From: Dictyostelium discoideum
Taxonomy: Eukaryota
Length of the DNA stretch: 64,000 nucleotides
Assembly (NCBI GenBank): GCA_000004695.1
Contig: CM000150.2
Location: 3,744,001 to 3,808,000, forward strand
Direction of reading: 5' to 3'
Below are positions 15,699 to 28,003 of this stretch, one piece after another. Position numbers and translations under genes: made by a program. Each line of letters starts with the position of its first letter. Within the stretch, counting starts at the first letter, position 1. The notes beneath the pieces were generated by a model. That model was not told the origin of the DNA. It ran no database searches and saw nothing but the letters and a program-made list of their open reading frames with translations.

Positions 15699-15751
15699 TT
15701 TTATAAGGTTGGATATAAAAATTTGAAATTTTTATATCCAACCTTATAAAA
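15699..15751. repeat. perfect 53-bp palindrome (26-bp arms around a single central g at 15725)
   Basis: tttataaggttggatataaaaattt g aaatttttatatccaaccttataaa, verified base by base. Followed by a GC-enriched segment at 15760-15890. Confidence 0.9.
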
Positions 15752-16129
15752 TAACAACACTAAAGTGCGCTGGTTGGTTAGCAATGGCCTCGTTTAATTT
15801 CAAGTCATACATGTATGCATCAAAACAAAAAAATTTAAAAACTGATTGTCTGAAAATGTGATTCAGTTGCACGCATTTTTTTTCAAAAAAAAAAAACAAA
15901 AAAAAAGTTGAAAAAAAAATTAAAAAAAAAAAAAAAAATTCTTATAAAAGGGAAAAAAAAATAAATAAAATTTTTTAACGGTTTTTTTTTAAAAACTGCA
16001 AATAAAAATAAAATCTAGACTGTTTTGTGGTTATAATGAATATTTATTTATATTTCTTTGATTTTTTTTTTTTTAAATTTTTCTATATTTCCTCTTTTAA
16101 AAAAACTGGAAAAAACTGGAATAATTCAA

Positions 16130-16620
16130 ATTAGTTGGGTTTGGAGGGTAAAATAAAAAAAATTATGATTGGAGAAACCTCTCCCCCTTTTTTTAAAAAA
16201 GAGCGTAGGGGAGGGTAGTTTGTATGAGAAATTGAACTTTTCCACCCTTCTTTTGAAATTATTTAGTAAATATGTTTCGAATTGATAACTTTGTGATGCA
16301 ATTTTGAGATATGGTTTAATAGAAAAATTCCAGTATCCCAATGATATATTATTATTAAAATGGTAAAATTGCAAGGAAGGAAGGAACGTCACTCACCCCT
16401 TTTCTTTGAAAAAAAAAAGTTCCTCTTTTTGAAAAATTTTAGTAAAAGTAAAGTTTTGAACTGATACCATTGAGGTGCATTTATGCTAAATATATATTTA
16501 AATAGAAGAATTCTAGGGGAATCTAATGACATATTTCGCTTTTAGTGTTATGGTAAAATAAAAAATTATGGGGTAAGGACCTTCTGTAGTTTTCATGAGA
16601 AACTGCCCTTGTCCCCATTT
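16130..16620. repeat. degenerate tandem repeats of about 170 bp (at least 2.5 copies), with C-rich ends (ctctccccc, ccaccc, cactcacccc, ttgtcccc)
   Basis: Repeated ttgaaattatttagtaaa...ggtaaaat... blocks. ORF 16126..16392(-) is unlikely to be real. Confidence 0.55.
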
Positions 16621-16743
16621 TTTTTTTTTATTTAAAATTGGATATATAAATTTTTTATTTTTTTATTTTTATTTTTATTTTTTTATTGACAAAGACACTG
16701 ACATATCTGATATTTTCATTTTCATTTTTTTTTTTTCATTCTA

Positions 16744-16792
<49 letters not shown>

Positions 16793-17224
16793 CAACAATT
16801 TAATTTTAAAATGAATTTATTGATAAATAGAGCAATCAAAAATAAACAAAATGATATGAAAAATAAAAAAATTAATGTAATTATATATTTTTTTTAAATT
16901 TTTTTTTTTTTAACTAAAATTATTTTTTCAGAATTTAATTATTTTTCATTTTAACAACGAGAGGGAATATATTTAAATAAAATAATAGATATTAAAAAAA
17001 CCAAAAATTGGTTGAGTTGGAATATTTTTTATTTATTTTAATGTCAAATTTGAATGTTTGAATAAATAAAATTAAAAAAAAAAAAAAAAAAACAATTTAA
17101 TCAATTTTTTATTAGTTTTTATTTAAAATCTATTTTTTTTTAATAAAATATCTTCCCTACTCTTTTTTCTTTAAAATAAAAATAATTACAAAAAACATAT
17201 GTTTAAAAATTAAATTCTAAAAAT

Positions 17225-17272
<48 letters not shown>

Positions 17273-17759
17273 GGAAATTATAAGCCCACCAAGATTTTTT
17301 GAAACATATCAATAATAATTTTGTTTGAAATTTCAATCGAAAATATTATACTTTCATTTTAGTATCAGTGAATATTTTTACTTTATCAATCACCAATAAA
17401 TCCTCTTGGGTAGTGGATACAATTGGACAAGCTTTCACAATTAAAAAGTGCTTAGTCTCTACGCAATATTGGTGATATTTTTAAAATAGAAAACAATATT
17501 ATAATAGTTTTTTTATTTATAAGAAAAATAATTTAAAAAAAGAAAAATCAATCGATTTAGAATCAACAAAACTTTTATCATTAAAATATAATAATAATCC
17601 AATTAAAGGTTGGTTATAACGAGAAAGTATTCAATTTACTTTCGATAGATTGTTTATTAATTTTATAGTTTCAAATGGTGATCTAAATTTATTTTTGGAT
17701 TTCCATTCATAAGAGAAATGTGCAAAAACTTCATTTCAAATCTTAAATCCAAAACCTTT

Positions 17760-18760
17760 TCAACATTTTCATCTATCTTTGGTTATTTTCAAAATAATAA
17801 AAATAATAATAATAATAATAATAATAAATTAATATTAGTATACCAAATACCAAAAAGTACAAAGAATATACTTTTAGATAATAATGGTAGACAAGCATTC
17901 ACCATAAAATATTTTTTTCAATTTCTATAAATATATTGGTGATGTATATGATAGAGAAAACACAATCATAAGTCATTTATTAATTTTCATTCACAAATCA
18001 ATTTCTGGTGTTCATGAACCTATCAATGGTAACCATTTATATATTTTAATAATTGCTTTTTTATTTATAATTTAATTTTGCAGACGATTACGTTGTAGTT
18101 GGTGGCGTCCATGCCGAGTATGCAATAAGGGTAATTCTTTCAATTCTTGGCATTGAATTTGATGAAATTAAGAACAATCATCAAATGAAAATTATTAGAA
18201 CTAAATTTCAAAAAAATAATGGTTCAATTAAAATAATTATTTTTTATTTTACCAATCATCCCTCAGACACACACAGGGATCCAATAGTTGATATTATTAA
18301 ATTTATATTATTGGTAGAATACTTTAATAATAATAATTGCAATAATAATAATATTATTATAAAATTAGATCAATCACTGTTGAAATCATTTATCAAAAAT
18401 TATCAAATTTTGTTCAAAAACCAAGTAGTGGTTGTGTGATGATTTAATAAATCATATTAATTTTACTGATAATGATGAATGCAATCATAGTTTCGTATAT
18501 TCACCAATCATCAATTTTAACATTTTCGAATCAATTTTAAAACCAACAGATTCAAAAATAACAAGTATTGATGATTCAACTTCCAGTGATTACCAATTTT
18601 AAAAAATGGAATTTTTAAAATTTCATTCAATAATATTATAACTTCAATTAAAACAACTTCAAGCAAATCACCGTCAACTAAATGGAATAACAAAGCAATC
18701 AAATATCACCCAAATAATGAAACAAAGCTTGCTACCAATGCTATATCTAGCATTTGAATA
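17760..18760 (+). pseudogene. copy 2 of the repeated gene-like unit; disabled by a 1-bp insertion (ctataaatat vs tacaaatat) and a degenerate 3' part
   Basis: Shares the upstream block ...ttcaacattttcatc..., the core DDYVVVGGVHAEYAIRVILSILGIEFDEIKNNHQMKIIRTKFQKNNGSIKIIIFYF... and a decayed downstream part with copy 3 (23870-24998). The frame breaks relative to copy 3. Confidence 0.5.
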
Positions 18761-19158
18761 TTTAGCAACTTTTATTTCGCCATTTTGGTCTGTCGAAAGA
18801 TCTTTCGACAAATTAAAAGGGCAAAACAAAAGTTATCAACTATTCAAAGAATAGACATAGTATCGATGCAAATTTAACTTTAGTTGATCTTGTCAAATTA
18901 AATTAAATAATAAATAAAATAAAATAATTTGTTATTATTATAATTAAAAAAAAAAATAAAATATATTAAAATTTAATCAAATTATACCTTAATAATAAAA
19001 AAATAAAAAAAAAAAAAAGTCTACGAAATGTATTAAATCTACATAAAACCAATCGAGTATTGATTTGTAATAATATTTTTTTTTATTATATATATATAAT
19101 AGAGAATTTTCAAATATTGATATCTCTTTGTGATTTTTTTTTTTTTTTTAATAATAAT

Positions 19159-21064
19159 TTAAGTGAATTGATTTTCATTATTAAAAACATGAAGTTGTGG
19201 TTGTTGTTGAGGAGATGATTGGGCTTGTGGATTTTCATTATTAAAAACATGTTGTTGATGTTGTTGTTGTTGTTGTTGTTGTAAATGAACCTGTTGTTGT
19301 TGATGTTGATTTTGTTGAATTTGAATTTGGAATTGTTGCATTTGAATTAATTGATTCAATTGAGCCAACATAATTGATTGATTATCCTCAAGTGATTTAA
19401 TTTTAAGTTGTAAAGATTCAATGATTTTAATACTACTATTATCATTGTCATCACTTTTTGTTATCGTTGTAACATCACAATTGGATAGAGTTGATTTAAT
19501 CTCTTCAATGATTGAACTTTGTTGTGATGGTTGACTATCTTGACATTGAGATTGAATTGCTCTACGTTCTCTTCTCATTCTACTTAAAGTTTTAGCATAT
19601 TCGATATATTTCACACAAAACAATGCTTCCTTACTATTAAACATTGATCTATTTTGTGATATACTCATACTAGATTGCCATCTCCATCTTCTCCAAACCA
19701 ATTGAATTAATCTAGCTGCTGAATCTCTTTCTTTCTTTTGTGCTTCAACTAATGATACTAAATTTAATATTGGTCTTTGATGACTCGTTGCTTGAGTTAA
19801 TCTTGCAAAACTTTCAATTACAAATGATAATAATAATAAACCAAAAATACATGCAACCTAAATAAATATTATATATAAAAAATATATATATATATATATA
19901 TTAGTAATGATTTCTTTAAAATTTTAAATAATAAATATTTAAAAATGAATATTTACAATTGCAGCAAATCTACCACCAAAAGTTTGTGGATTATATTCAT
20001 CATAGGTATCAGTTGGCCAACCAGTGATCATAGAGAGAAAAGAGATATAGACAGAAACAGCAAAAGTGAATAGTTCATTTCTCTCCCTTTCAAAGACATA
20101 CATCCATTGACCAGTAACAGCCAATGTGAAAATTGTGAATGTTAAATAAGTGAGAATTGGTGCTATTGAAATGATATATTTTAAACTTAGTGTCCAATTG
20201 AATTTTGGAGCTACATCACGTAACAACTGCTTTTGAATATGGAATCTAAGTTTATAAACTGGACTGAAATCACGAAGAATTCTACAAAATAAATATAATC
20301 TTAACCACATTAATAAACCCCATTTGGAATCTTTATACCATGCATTCTCACCAGATACAAATGGTAATGGTTGTAATGAACAAACTAATATTTCACACCA
20401 AAATAATGGACCTAATTTAGTTGATTTTAAAACATTTACTCTTGTAACCCTAAATCCTCTTGCTCTCTTTGTTAACCAATCATGTGTTACCTCTGATAAT
20501 AATAATAAATAATAATCAACTAACTGAGTACCTAAAAAAAATAAAAAAAAAAATAAAAAAGTTAAAAAACAAATATTAACATAAATAAATACAAAAAAAA
20601 AAATACATACATAAAATTAAATTTAAAATGAATATGATTGCTCTTAATATTTTTGTTGATTTATTAATTTCCAATGAATGATTTTCAACACTCCATGATA
20701 ATTGTAATTCTGTGCACATTAACGAAACACCAATCATGCCATTAATCATAATGAGTACATATCTATGTCTAAGGATTCTATCTGTATTTTCTGATCTTAT
20801 TTCACTAAAATCATTTTTTTGGAAAAATACCAAAGGTTGTGAAAAGAAGAGAAAAAAGAGGAGAGAAAAAAAAAAAAAAAAAAAAAAAAAGCATTATGTT
20901 AATATTAAATCTTTTTTTTTTTTTTTTTTTTTTTTTTCCCAGTTCGAAAAATTGTTCTCTTACCTATATTTGTCAATATTACTTAATGATTTTTCTAAAA
21001 TTGGTAATTCTGATTCAGAATCTTTTAACCTTTGCAGATTGATAAGTGCTTTTCTTCTTGACAT
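19159..21064 (-). CDS. small-conductance Ca-activated K channel (SK/KCNN)-like 6-TM protein with a non-canonical pore (FLSMITGWPTD in place of FLSIGYGDMVP), a C-terminal IQ-like motif and a Gln-rich tail; exons 21064..20964, 20804..20611, 20531..19957, 19857..19159
   Basis: Exon 1 MSRRKALINLQRLKDSESELPILEKSLSNIDKY then GTAAGA. S1 YVLIMINGMIGVSLMCTELQLSWS (compare SK [22 protein letters not shown]), EILVCSLQPLPFVSGE (SK EMLVCAIHPIPGE) and S4-like LMWLRLYLFCRIL (SK FLRLYLIARV). All three junction phases verified. The ORF track M residues at 20833 and 20310 are TTG/internal starts, not the true start. Confidence 0.55.
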
Positions 21065-22206
21065 TATAAATTATAAAAAAAAAAATAGCCTTGACACTAC
21101 TACCCCCAATGTAACGAAATAATAATTATATGGTGTGGTTGCTATAGTAATAATATATAGTTATAATAACTTGATTTGTTGCTTCTTTTTTTTTTTTTTT
21201 TTTTTTTTGATTTCTTATGTAATTATTAGATTGTTGCGTATATAAATAAAAATATATATATATAAATGTTTGTGTGTGTGTGTGTGGTATGAAAGTGTTC
21301 TATTTAAATTTATTTTTTATTTTTTATGTGTATGGTGTGTATGATGAATTATTTGTTTTTTTATTTATTTATTTTTATTTGTTTGTTTGTTTATTTTGTT
21401 TATTTACTGTGTCTTTAATAAAATGTAATCCTATTAAAAAAACAAGATGTTAAATATAAAAATACCCATACATAGTGGTAGTAGTGTAAGAAAATAAAGA
21501 AAGAGAAGAAAAAGGAGATAAAATTGTTGAAATACTATATATAATTATATAGTTATATATAGCAAAAATAAATAAAATAATAAAAAAAAAGGTTAAGCGA
21601 ATAATAAAAAAAAAAAAAAAAAATTAAAAAAAAAAAAAAAATTAAAAAAAAAAAAAAAAATTATTTTTAAAATTTGACCGATAACACTCTATTTCTAGGA
21701 GTGTAAAAAAAATAAAAAAAAATAAAAAAAAATAAAAAAAATAAAAAAAATAAAAAAAAAATAAAAAAAAGGTTATTTTCTGTGATAAAATAAAAAAAGA
21801 AAAATAAAAAATAAAAAAAATAAAAAATAAAAAATAAAAAAAAAATCAATTATGTTAAAAATTTGTTTCAAAGAAATAAAAGGATAATGATTAATGGTAT
21901 TGTTAATTAATTCCTACCTATCTGTGTCAATACATATATTCATCATATACAAATCAGTTAATAAATAAATTTATTATAAATTTGTTTTATAAATACACAA
22001 TGACGTAAATTATAATATGAATAAAATAAAATAATAAATAATTTAAAAAAAAAAAAAAAAAAAAACATTCACTATAAAAGTAAGATAAAAAATAAAATTA
22101 TTTATTTATAAAATAATATAAAAAGTAATAATAAAAGAAATAAAATAATAATAATAAAAATAATAATTGAAAAAATAAAAATAAAAAAAATAAAAATTAA
22201 ATAATA

Positions 22207-22797
22207 ATGGATCAGCCACAACAACAACAACAAAATCAAGTTATAGATAATCAAGGTAGTAGTAATAATAATAGTAGTAGTAATAATAATAATAATAATG
22301 GTGGAATTAAGCATAAAAAAAGATTTCAAGTTGAAAATGCAATAATGGGAATGATATTTTTTGGATTATCAATATTTTTAATAATTTATGGTATAGTTCA
22401 AATTGCAGTTGCAAGTGGTAAAGATGATATTTCATCACGTCATACATGGGCATTTACAGTTAATGGTATTTTCTGTTTAATTACTGGTTTTCATGGATTC
22501 TTTTTATTATTCCATAAAAGAGGTAGTGCAAAACATCATGTATTGTTAAATATTATATTGGTAGCTCAAGCATTCATTCTATTTATCATTTATTCAGCAT
22601 TGGTTCACCGTTATATCAATAGAGATTGTGGTGGTGAATTTTATCAAAATCCATATTGCGTTCACGATCATAAAGTTTATATAGGAATTTCATTGGCTAT
22701 ATTTTGGGCTGTCAATATCTTTACTTTACCATTCTCTTTAATTTGCTCAATTATTCATTTGAGAAATCAAAATCATCATAATGTTGAAAATGTTTAA
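22207..22797 (+). CDS. hypothetical small 4-TM membrane protein with a Gln/Asn-rich N-terminus
   Basis: A single 196-aa ORF with four hydrophobic segments (MIFFGLSIFLIIYGIV; FCLITGFHGFFLLF; LNIILVAQAFILFIIYSALV; IGISLAIFWAVNIFTLPFSLICSII). Confidence 0.5.
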   Translation: MDQPQQQQQNQVIDNQGSSNNNSSSNNNNNNGGIKHKKRFQVENAIMGMIFFGLSIFLIIYGIVQIAVASGKDDISSRHTWAFTVNGIFCLITGFHGFFLLFHKRGSAKHHVLLNIILVAQAFILFIIYSALVHRYINRDCGGEFYQNPYCVHDHKVYIGISLAIFWAVNIFTLPFSLICSIIHLRNQNHHNVENV

Positions 22798-23513
22798 ACG
22801 CACACACATACAACACAAATCACAAAGATAAATAAATCCTTTCAAATTCAATCGAATATATTTCTTTTTTTTTTTTTTTTTTATTTTAAAAAATTAAAAA
22901 ATTAAAAAATAAATATAAATAAAAATAAATTCAAAAATTTTTTTTTTTTTTTTTTCTTATTATTTTGTATAAATTTAATATGTTTTATTTTATTTTTGTT
23001 GATTAATTATAATTGTAAAAATATTAAATTGATTTGAAATTTTTAATTTAAATGACTGATGAATGTTTCAAAACTTTTATCATTGAATTAAAATATAATT
23101 ATATATTAAAGGCTGGATATATATTAAAAACTCTAATTGATTTTAATAGATTGAAAAATTAGATTATAATTTCTGATGGTGATTAAAGTTTAGTTGATAC
23201 TGAGTTGTGGTATACAAATATCACTAATGAATAGAACCTCAAAAAACAACCTTGTATAACACATATCAACACCAATTGAACTTTATTCTCCCAACAAAAA
23301 ATTAAAAATTCAATAAACAATCCATCAAAAGAAATTGCAATTTTTCCTCTATATCCAACCTTTAATATAATTGTTGCATATGGCAAAAGTTTTGTTGTTT
23401 CTAAAGCTATGATATTATTATTATTATTATTAATATTATTTTGTAAATATGAAAAAAAAAAAAAAAAAAAAAAATTTATTATTTTACAATAAATCATCTA
23501 TTTTTATAATAAA

Positions 23514-24998
23514 ATGTCAACCAATATAAATTTTAAAGACATGAGTTCTTATAAATATTTATCAAAACTTAAAGTTATTGATAAAGATTTTATAATTAAA
23601 TGTTTAAACATGGCGAGTAAAAAGGATGAACTTTCTTTAATTTTAGATTCAACAATAGATTTACCATTTAAGTTTAGTGATATTAGTATAACTGGTTGGA
23701 AATATAATGAAAAGATTCCATTTACATTGGATTACCAAAAATTTGACGAGTATACCATTTATCTACGTCGATTAGCCATAAATCTCCATATGCAACCAAG
23801 AATTTAATAAACAACTACTCCATTCATTAGAGAACTTATAAAAGAATCTATTTTAAACTTAAAATCAAATAAATTTTCAACATTTTCATCAGTTTTTCAA
23901 AGTTTTCATCATAATTCCAATAAAAGGATAATTTTTTTAAACCAATCAAAAAAATAAAGATTGGATGAAATTATATTACTATGGTTACGAACAATCTTCA
24001 GTTATAAAAGAAGTATTTGAATTTTACAAATATATTGGTGATGAATATGAAAGAGAAAACACAATAGTAATGGATCTTTTATTTTTTATTGGTGGAACCA
24101 ACTCTGGTATTCAAGATTCAATCAATGGTAATCACATTTACATTTTAATGATAGTTTTTTTATTCTTAATAGAATTGGCCGATTATTTTATCGTGGTTGG
24201 TGGTGCTCACGCTCAATAAGCAATTAAGTTAATATTATCAATTTTGAAAATTGAAGTTGAACAAATTCAAAACAATCATAAAATGAAATTTATAAGAATC
24301 AAATTTCAAAGCAATAATGGTTCATTTAAATCAATCATTTTTTATTTCTCCAGCTATCCATCAGATTTAAGTATAGATCCAGTCATTGATATCATTAAAT
24401 TTAGATTATTGGTAGAATACTTGATTTATCAAATAATAATAATAATCAAAATAATAATAATAATATCATTGAATTTGAAGAATCATTAATTAATTCAGTA
24501 TATCAAAGTTTATTTCAATTTGTACAAAAACCAAGTATTAGTTGCGTTAATTGTGGTGCTTATGAAAGTGTAACCAATGATTGCTGTCACAGATTCGTAT
24601 ATTCACCAATCTTTGAATTTAATATTTTCAAATCAATTTAAAAATCAACACCTACAACTACTACAACAACAACAACTGATAATTCAATTTCTAATCAATT
24701 GGATTCAACAATATTAAAAAATGGTATTTTTAAAATTTCATTCAATAACCTTGAAAAACCATCACCAAAAGAACAATTTTTAGCACAATATCCAAGATTA
24801 AAGATTTCATCAATTTTTAATACAATCAAATCTTCATTTCAATCAACAGATAATAAGCATTATTGTGGTTATTTAAAATGTAATTCAAGTTTTGATGATG
24901 TTGACAGGTTATCACTCCACATGGTGAAAGAACATCCATGTGATGAAACACCACCTGGTTCAAAATTCTTTATTATTAGAGGTGGATCAAACAATTGA
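23514..24998 (+). pseudogene. copy 3 (the most complete) of the repeated gene-like unit; its 3' part encodes a C2H2-type zinc finger (HYCGYLKCNSSFDDVDRLSLHMVKEH). It is interrupted by an in-frame TAA (tat in copy 2) and a frameshift
   Basis: ORFs 23514..23807, 23965..24219, 24244..24489 and 24699..24998 are collinear with copies 1 and 2. The stop inside ...VVGGAHAQ*AIKLILSIL... sits exactly where copy 2 has Tyr. A further frame slip and stop lie near 24425-24640. It may be a functional gene in other strains. Confidence 0.45.
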
Positions 24999-25161
24999 AC
25001 AACAAAGATTAAATCAACCAACTGAAGAAATTATTTATTTTTTTTTTTTTTTTATTCAAATAATTATTGCTTTTTTTTTTTTTTTTTTCAAGGTTTTTAG
25101 TATAATTAATTAATAAATTTATTTTTATTTTTTTATTTTTTTTATCAATTATTAATAAAAT

Positions 25162-26134
25162 TTATTGATAATCATATGATTTTGTACGAGGAGCACGACA
25201 AATACGAATAATTAAAAACAAGGCGAAAAGCATACAAATAAATTCGATGACGCCAATTGAAACAGCAGCAGCACCAACCAAATAAAGATTTGAAGAGATT
25301 TTTGAAGAGATTACACTATCACAAGTATCGGTATATTTTGGAATACCTTTTGAATCCTTTGGACAAAGTAAAGGGTTTCTAGAACTGGTTGAATTCCAAT
25401 AGCAACATTTTAAGAAATTTTCTAATTTCAAAATTGTAGAATTCTTTGGACCATTTGATACATCTTCCCAAGCATTTCCAATTTGTTTAACAACATCATC
25501 ATTATGTAATGTTAAAGCTTTACCACCAACACCAATTAATGCAACTAAAATAATTAACATTAACATTGTATAAATTACCAAACCAACCAATTTCTCTTTT
25601 CCTGCCACAAAACAGCCAATAACTGTTAATATAACAAAGAAAATACCAATAACCAATACACCTGCTGGTGCTCCAGTTGTTAAATTTGAAAGTGCAGCTG
25701 AAGCTTTTGAAACTTTTGTAAAATCTTTAAAATTTGAAAAAAAGCTAACACCAATACTACCAATAATTACTTTTTTTTTTAAAAAATAAAAAAAAGAAAT
25801 AAAAGAAGTTTTTAAAAAAGAAAAATAAAAAATAAAAAAAAGAAAAATAAAAAAATTAATAATTAATATTTTTGAATAAATATAATAATAAATTTTATTA
25901 ACTAATAGTTCTTACCTAAAACTAAACCAAGAACCTATAATAATAATCAAAAAAAAAAAAAAAAAAATAAAAAAAAAATAAAAAAAAAAAAAAATAAAAA
26001 AAAAAATTAATAATAACAATTTATTTAATAAAATAATTAAATATAAAGCTTACCCAAAGAATAGTATTAAATGCAATTAATGGAACTTTAAGATATCTTG
26101 GAGTATTAGGAATTAAATTTGTTGTATCAACCAT
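25162..26134 (-). CDS. tetraspanin family protein (paralogue 4); exons 26134..26054, 25934..25916, 25769..25162
   Basis: Exon 1 MVDTTNLIPNTPRYLKVPLIAFNTILW then GTAAGC. A 19-nt exon 2 encodes VLGLVL. Exon 3 has four TM segments, a CCYW motif in the large extracellular loop and the family tail IRICRAPRTKSYDYQ. Phases verified. Confidence 0.8.
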
Positions 26135-26733
26135 TTTATTATTATTATTATTATTATTTTTTAAAATTGTTGTGGCAATGAATAAAAAAAGAAATTTAAA
26201 AATAATAAAAATATAAATATATATATATATGTATATATAATTTGTATTATATTAAAATAATAAAATTAAAAAAAAAAAAAAAATGATAATAATAATAAAA
26301 GTAAAAAATAAACAAATTTAAATTATTTATAATAACAATATTAATTATAATATAACCGTCAGTTTGTATTAAATTAGTATGGCAAAAATAGAAAAAATAA
26401 AAAATAAAAAAAACAATAAAAAAAAACAAATGCGATGTTATTTGATTGTGTTTTTTTTTTAAAAAAAAAATATATAAATTTTTAATATTTATTTATTTAT
26501 TTATTTTTTGTAAATTAATTGGTTATGTTAATGTATATCAATGGAAAATTATTATTTTTTATTATTATTTTTATTTATTTTTTTTTTTAATTTCAATTTT
26601 TTTTGTTTTTCAATCTGATTTTTTTTTTTTTTTTTTTATTTTTACTTGTTTTTTTTTTTTTTTTCCACAACACCCACTATATATATCTACCATTATTTTT
26701 GTGTGAAAGTGTGCTTGTGTGCTTGTGTGTTTC

Positions 26734-26773
<40 letters not shown>

Positions 26774-27005
26774 AAATATAATAAAAAAGTAAAGAGAGAA
26801 AAAAAAAAAAAAAAAAACAGTCAAGCATACAAATTTCAATCCCTTTCTTTATATCATATTAACAGAAAGAATTTTGTAATCTACAAATACCCCACACTTT
26901 AAAAACAAAGATAAACAAAAGAAAAACAACACAACACATCAAAAACAATAATAATAATACCTACAAAAATAAATTAATAAATAATATAATATAATATTGA
27001 AAAGA

Positions 27006-27126
27006 ATGAATATTGAACAACAACAACAACAACAGCAAAGCATTGGTATGATATGATATAAAAACCTTCTTTTTTTAATGGGAATTTATTTTATTTAAAA
27101 TAAAAAATAAATAATAAATAATAAAT

Positions 27127-27163
<37 letters not shown>

Positions 27164-27407
27164 GAGACTAACTTATAATTTTAAAAACAAATAAAAAAAA
27201 TAAAATAATATAAAAAAAAAAAAAAAAAAAAAAGTGGAAAGAGATCCATTCTATAATAAAAGTGTATTAGTAATTGATGGTGCAATTCAACAATTAAAAC
27301 CAGAATTATCAAATGAGATAATGGATGATTTAAGAGCCAAAGTTAAAGATTTAGATAAAGATAATTGGATGTTCGAAACAAATCATTCCCATCATTTTAA
27401 ACATTAA
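27006..27407 (+). CDS. hypothetical small protein (about 72 aa); exons 27006..27045, 27235..27407
   Basis: MNIEQQQQQQQSI then g|GTATGA donor. Acceptor aaag|TG restores the frame: VERDPFYNKSVLVIDGAIQQLKPELSNEIMDDLRAKVKDLDKDNWMFETNHSHHFKH*. No family recognised. Confidence 0.35.
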
Positions 27408-28003
27408 AATAATTTAATATTAGTAATAACAAAAAAAAAAAAAAAGAAAAAAAAGAAAAAAAAGAAAAAAGAAAAAAAAAATATATATATAATAATTATA
27501 AAAACAAAAAAAACAAATGAATTGTTAAGTCTAATTGATTTGTAAATAATTTTTATAAAAAAATAATAAAGTAAAATAAAATTGGAATTGATATTTTCTT
27601 TACACAAATGTTTTTTATTTTTTTTTTTTATTTTTATTTTTTTATTTTTATTTTTTTTTTTTTATATATTATTATTTATTTATAATTTATTATTTATTTA
27701 AATTAATAATAAATCATATTTTAATTTATTCTGTTATTTTATTATTTTTTTTTATATTAAATTTTTTTTTTTTTTTTTTTTTAAAAAAAAAACATTGTTG
27801 TCAATAATGGTAATATGAAAAAAGATTGATCAAAAAAAAAAAAAAAATAAAAAAAAATAAAAAAAAAATAATTGTGAGATAACGTGAAAAAAAAAATTAA
27901 AAAAAAGTTTTTGAAAAAAAAAATTTTTATGCGAGTGTCGGCATGTTGTGAAATTTTTTTTTTTTTTGTGAAAGTTTTTCGTTTTCATTATCTTTTATAC
28001 AAA

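Noticed and set aside
20839-21122. Plus-strand ORFs 20712..21122 and 20839..21042 (poly-Lys/Phe)
   Set aside because: They are antisense to exons 1-2 of the SK-like gene and are dominated by homopolymer translation.
23183-23497. Minus-strand 104-aa ORF MIYCKIINFFFFFF...
   Set aside because: It starts in a poly-T/A tract, has low-complexity composition and no recognisable domain. It is likely non-coding spacer upstream of repeated-unit copy 3.
26200-28000. Numerous short ORFs (26247..26429, 26446..26902, 27404..27607) between the tetraspanin and rpl36a genes
   Set aside because: They are homopolymer-driven (poly-F/K). Only the two-exon 27006..27407 small protein has a coherent non-repetitive sequence and splice signals.
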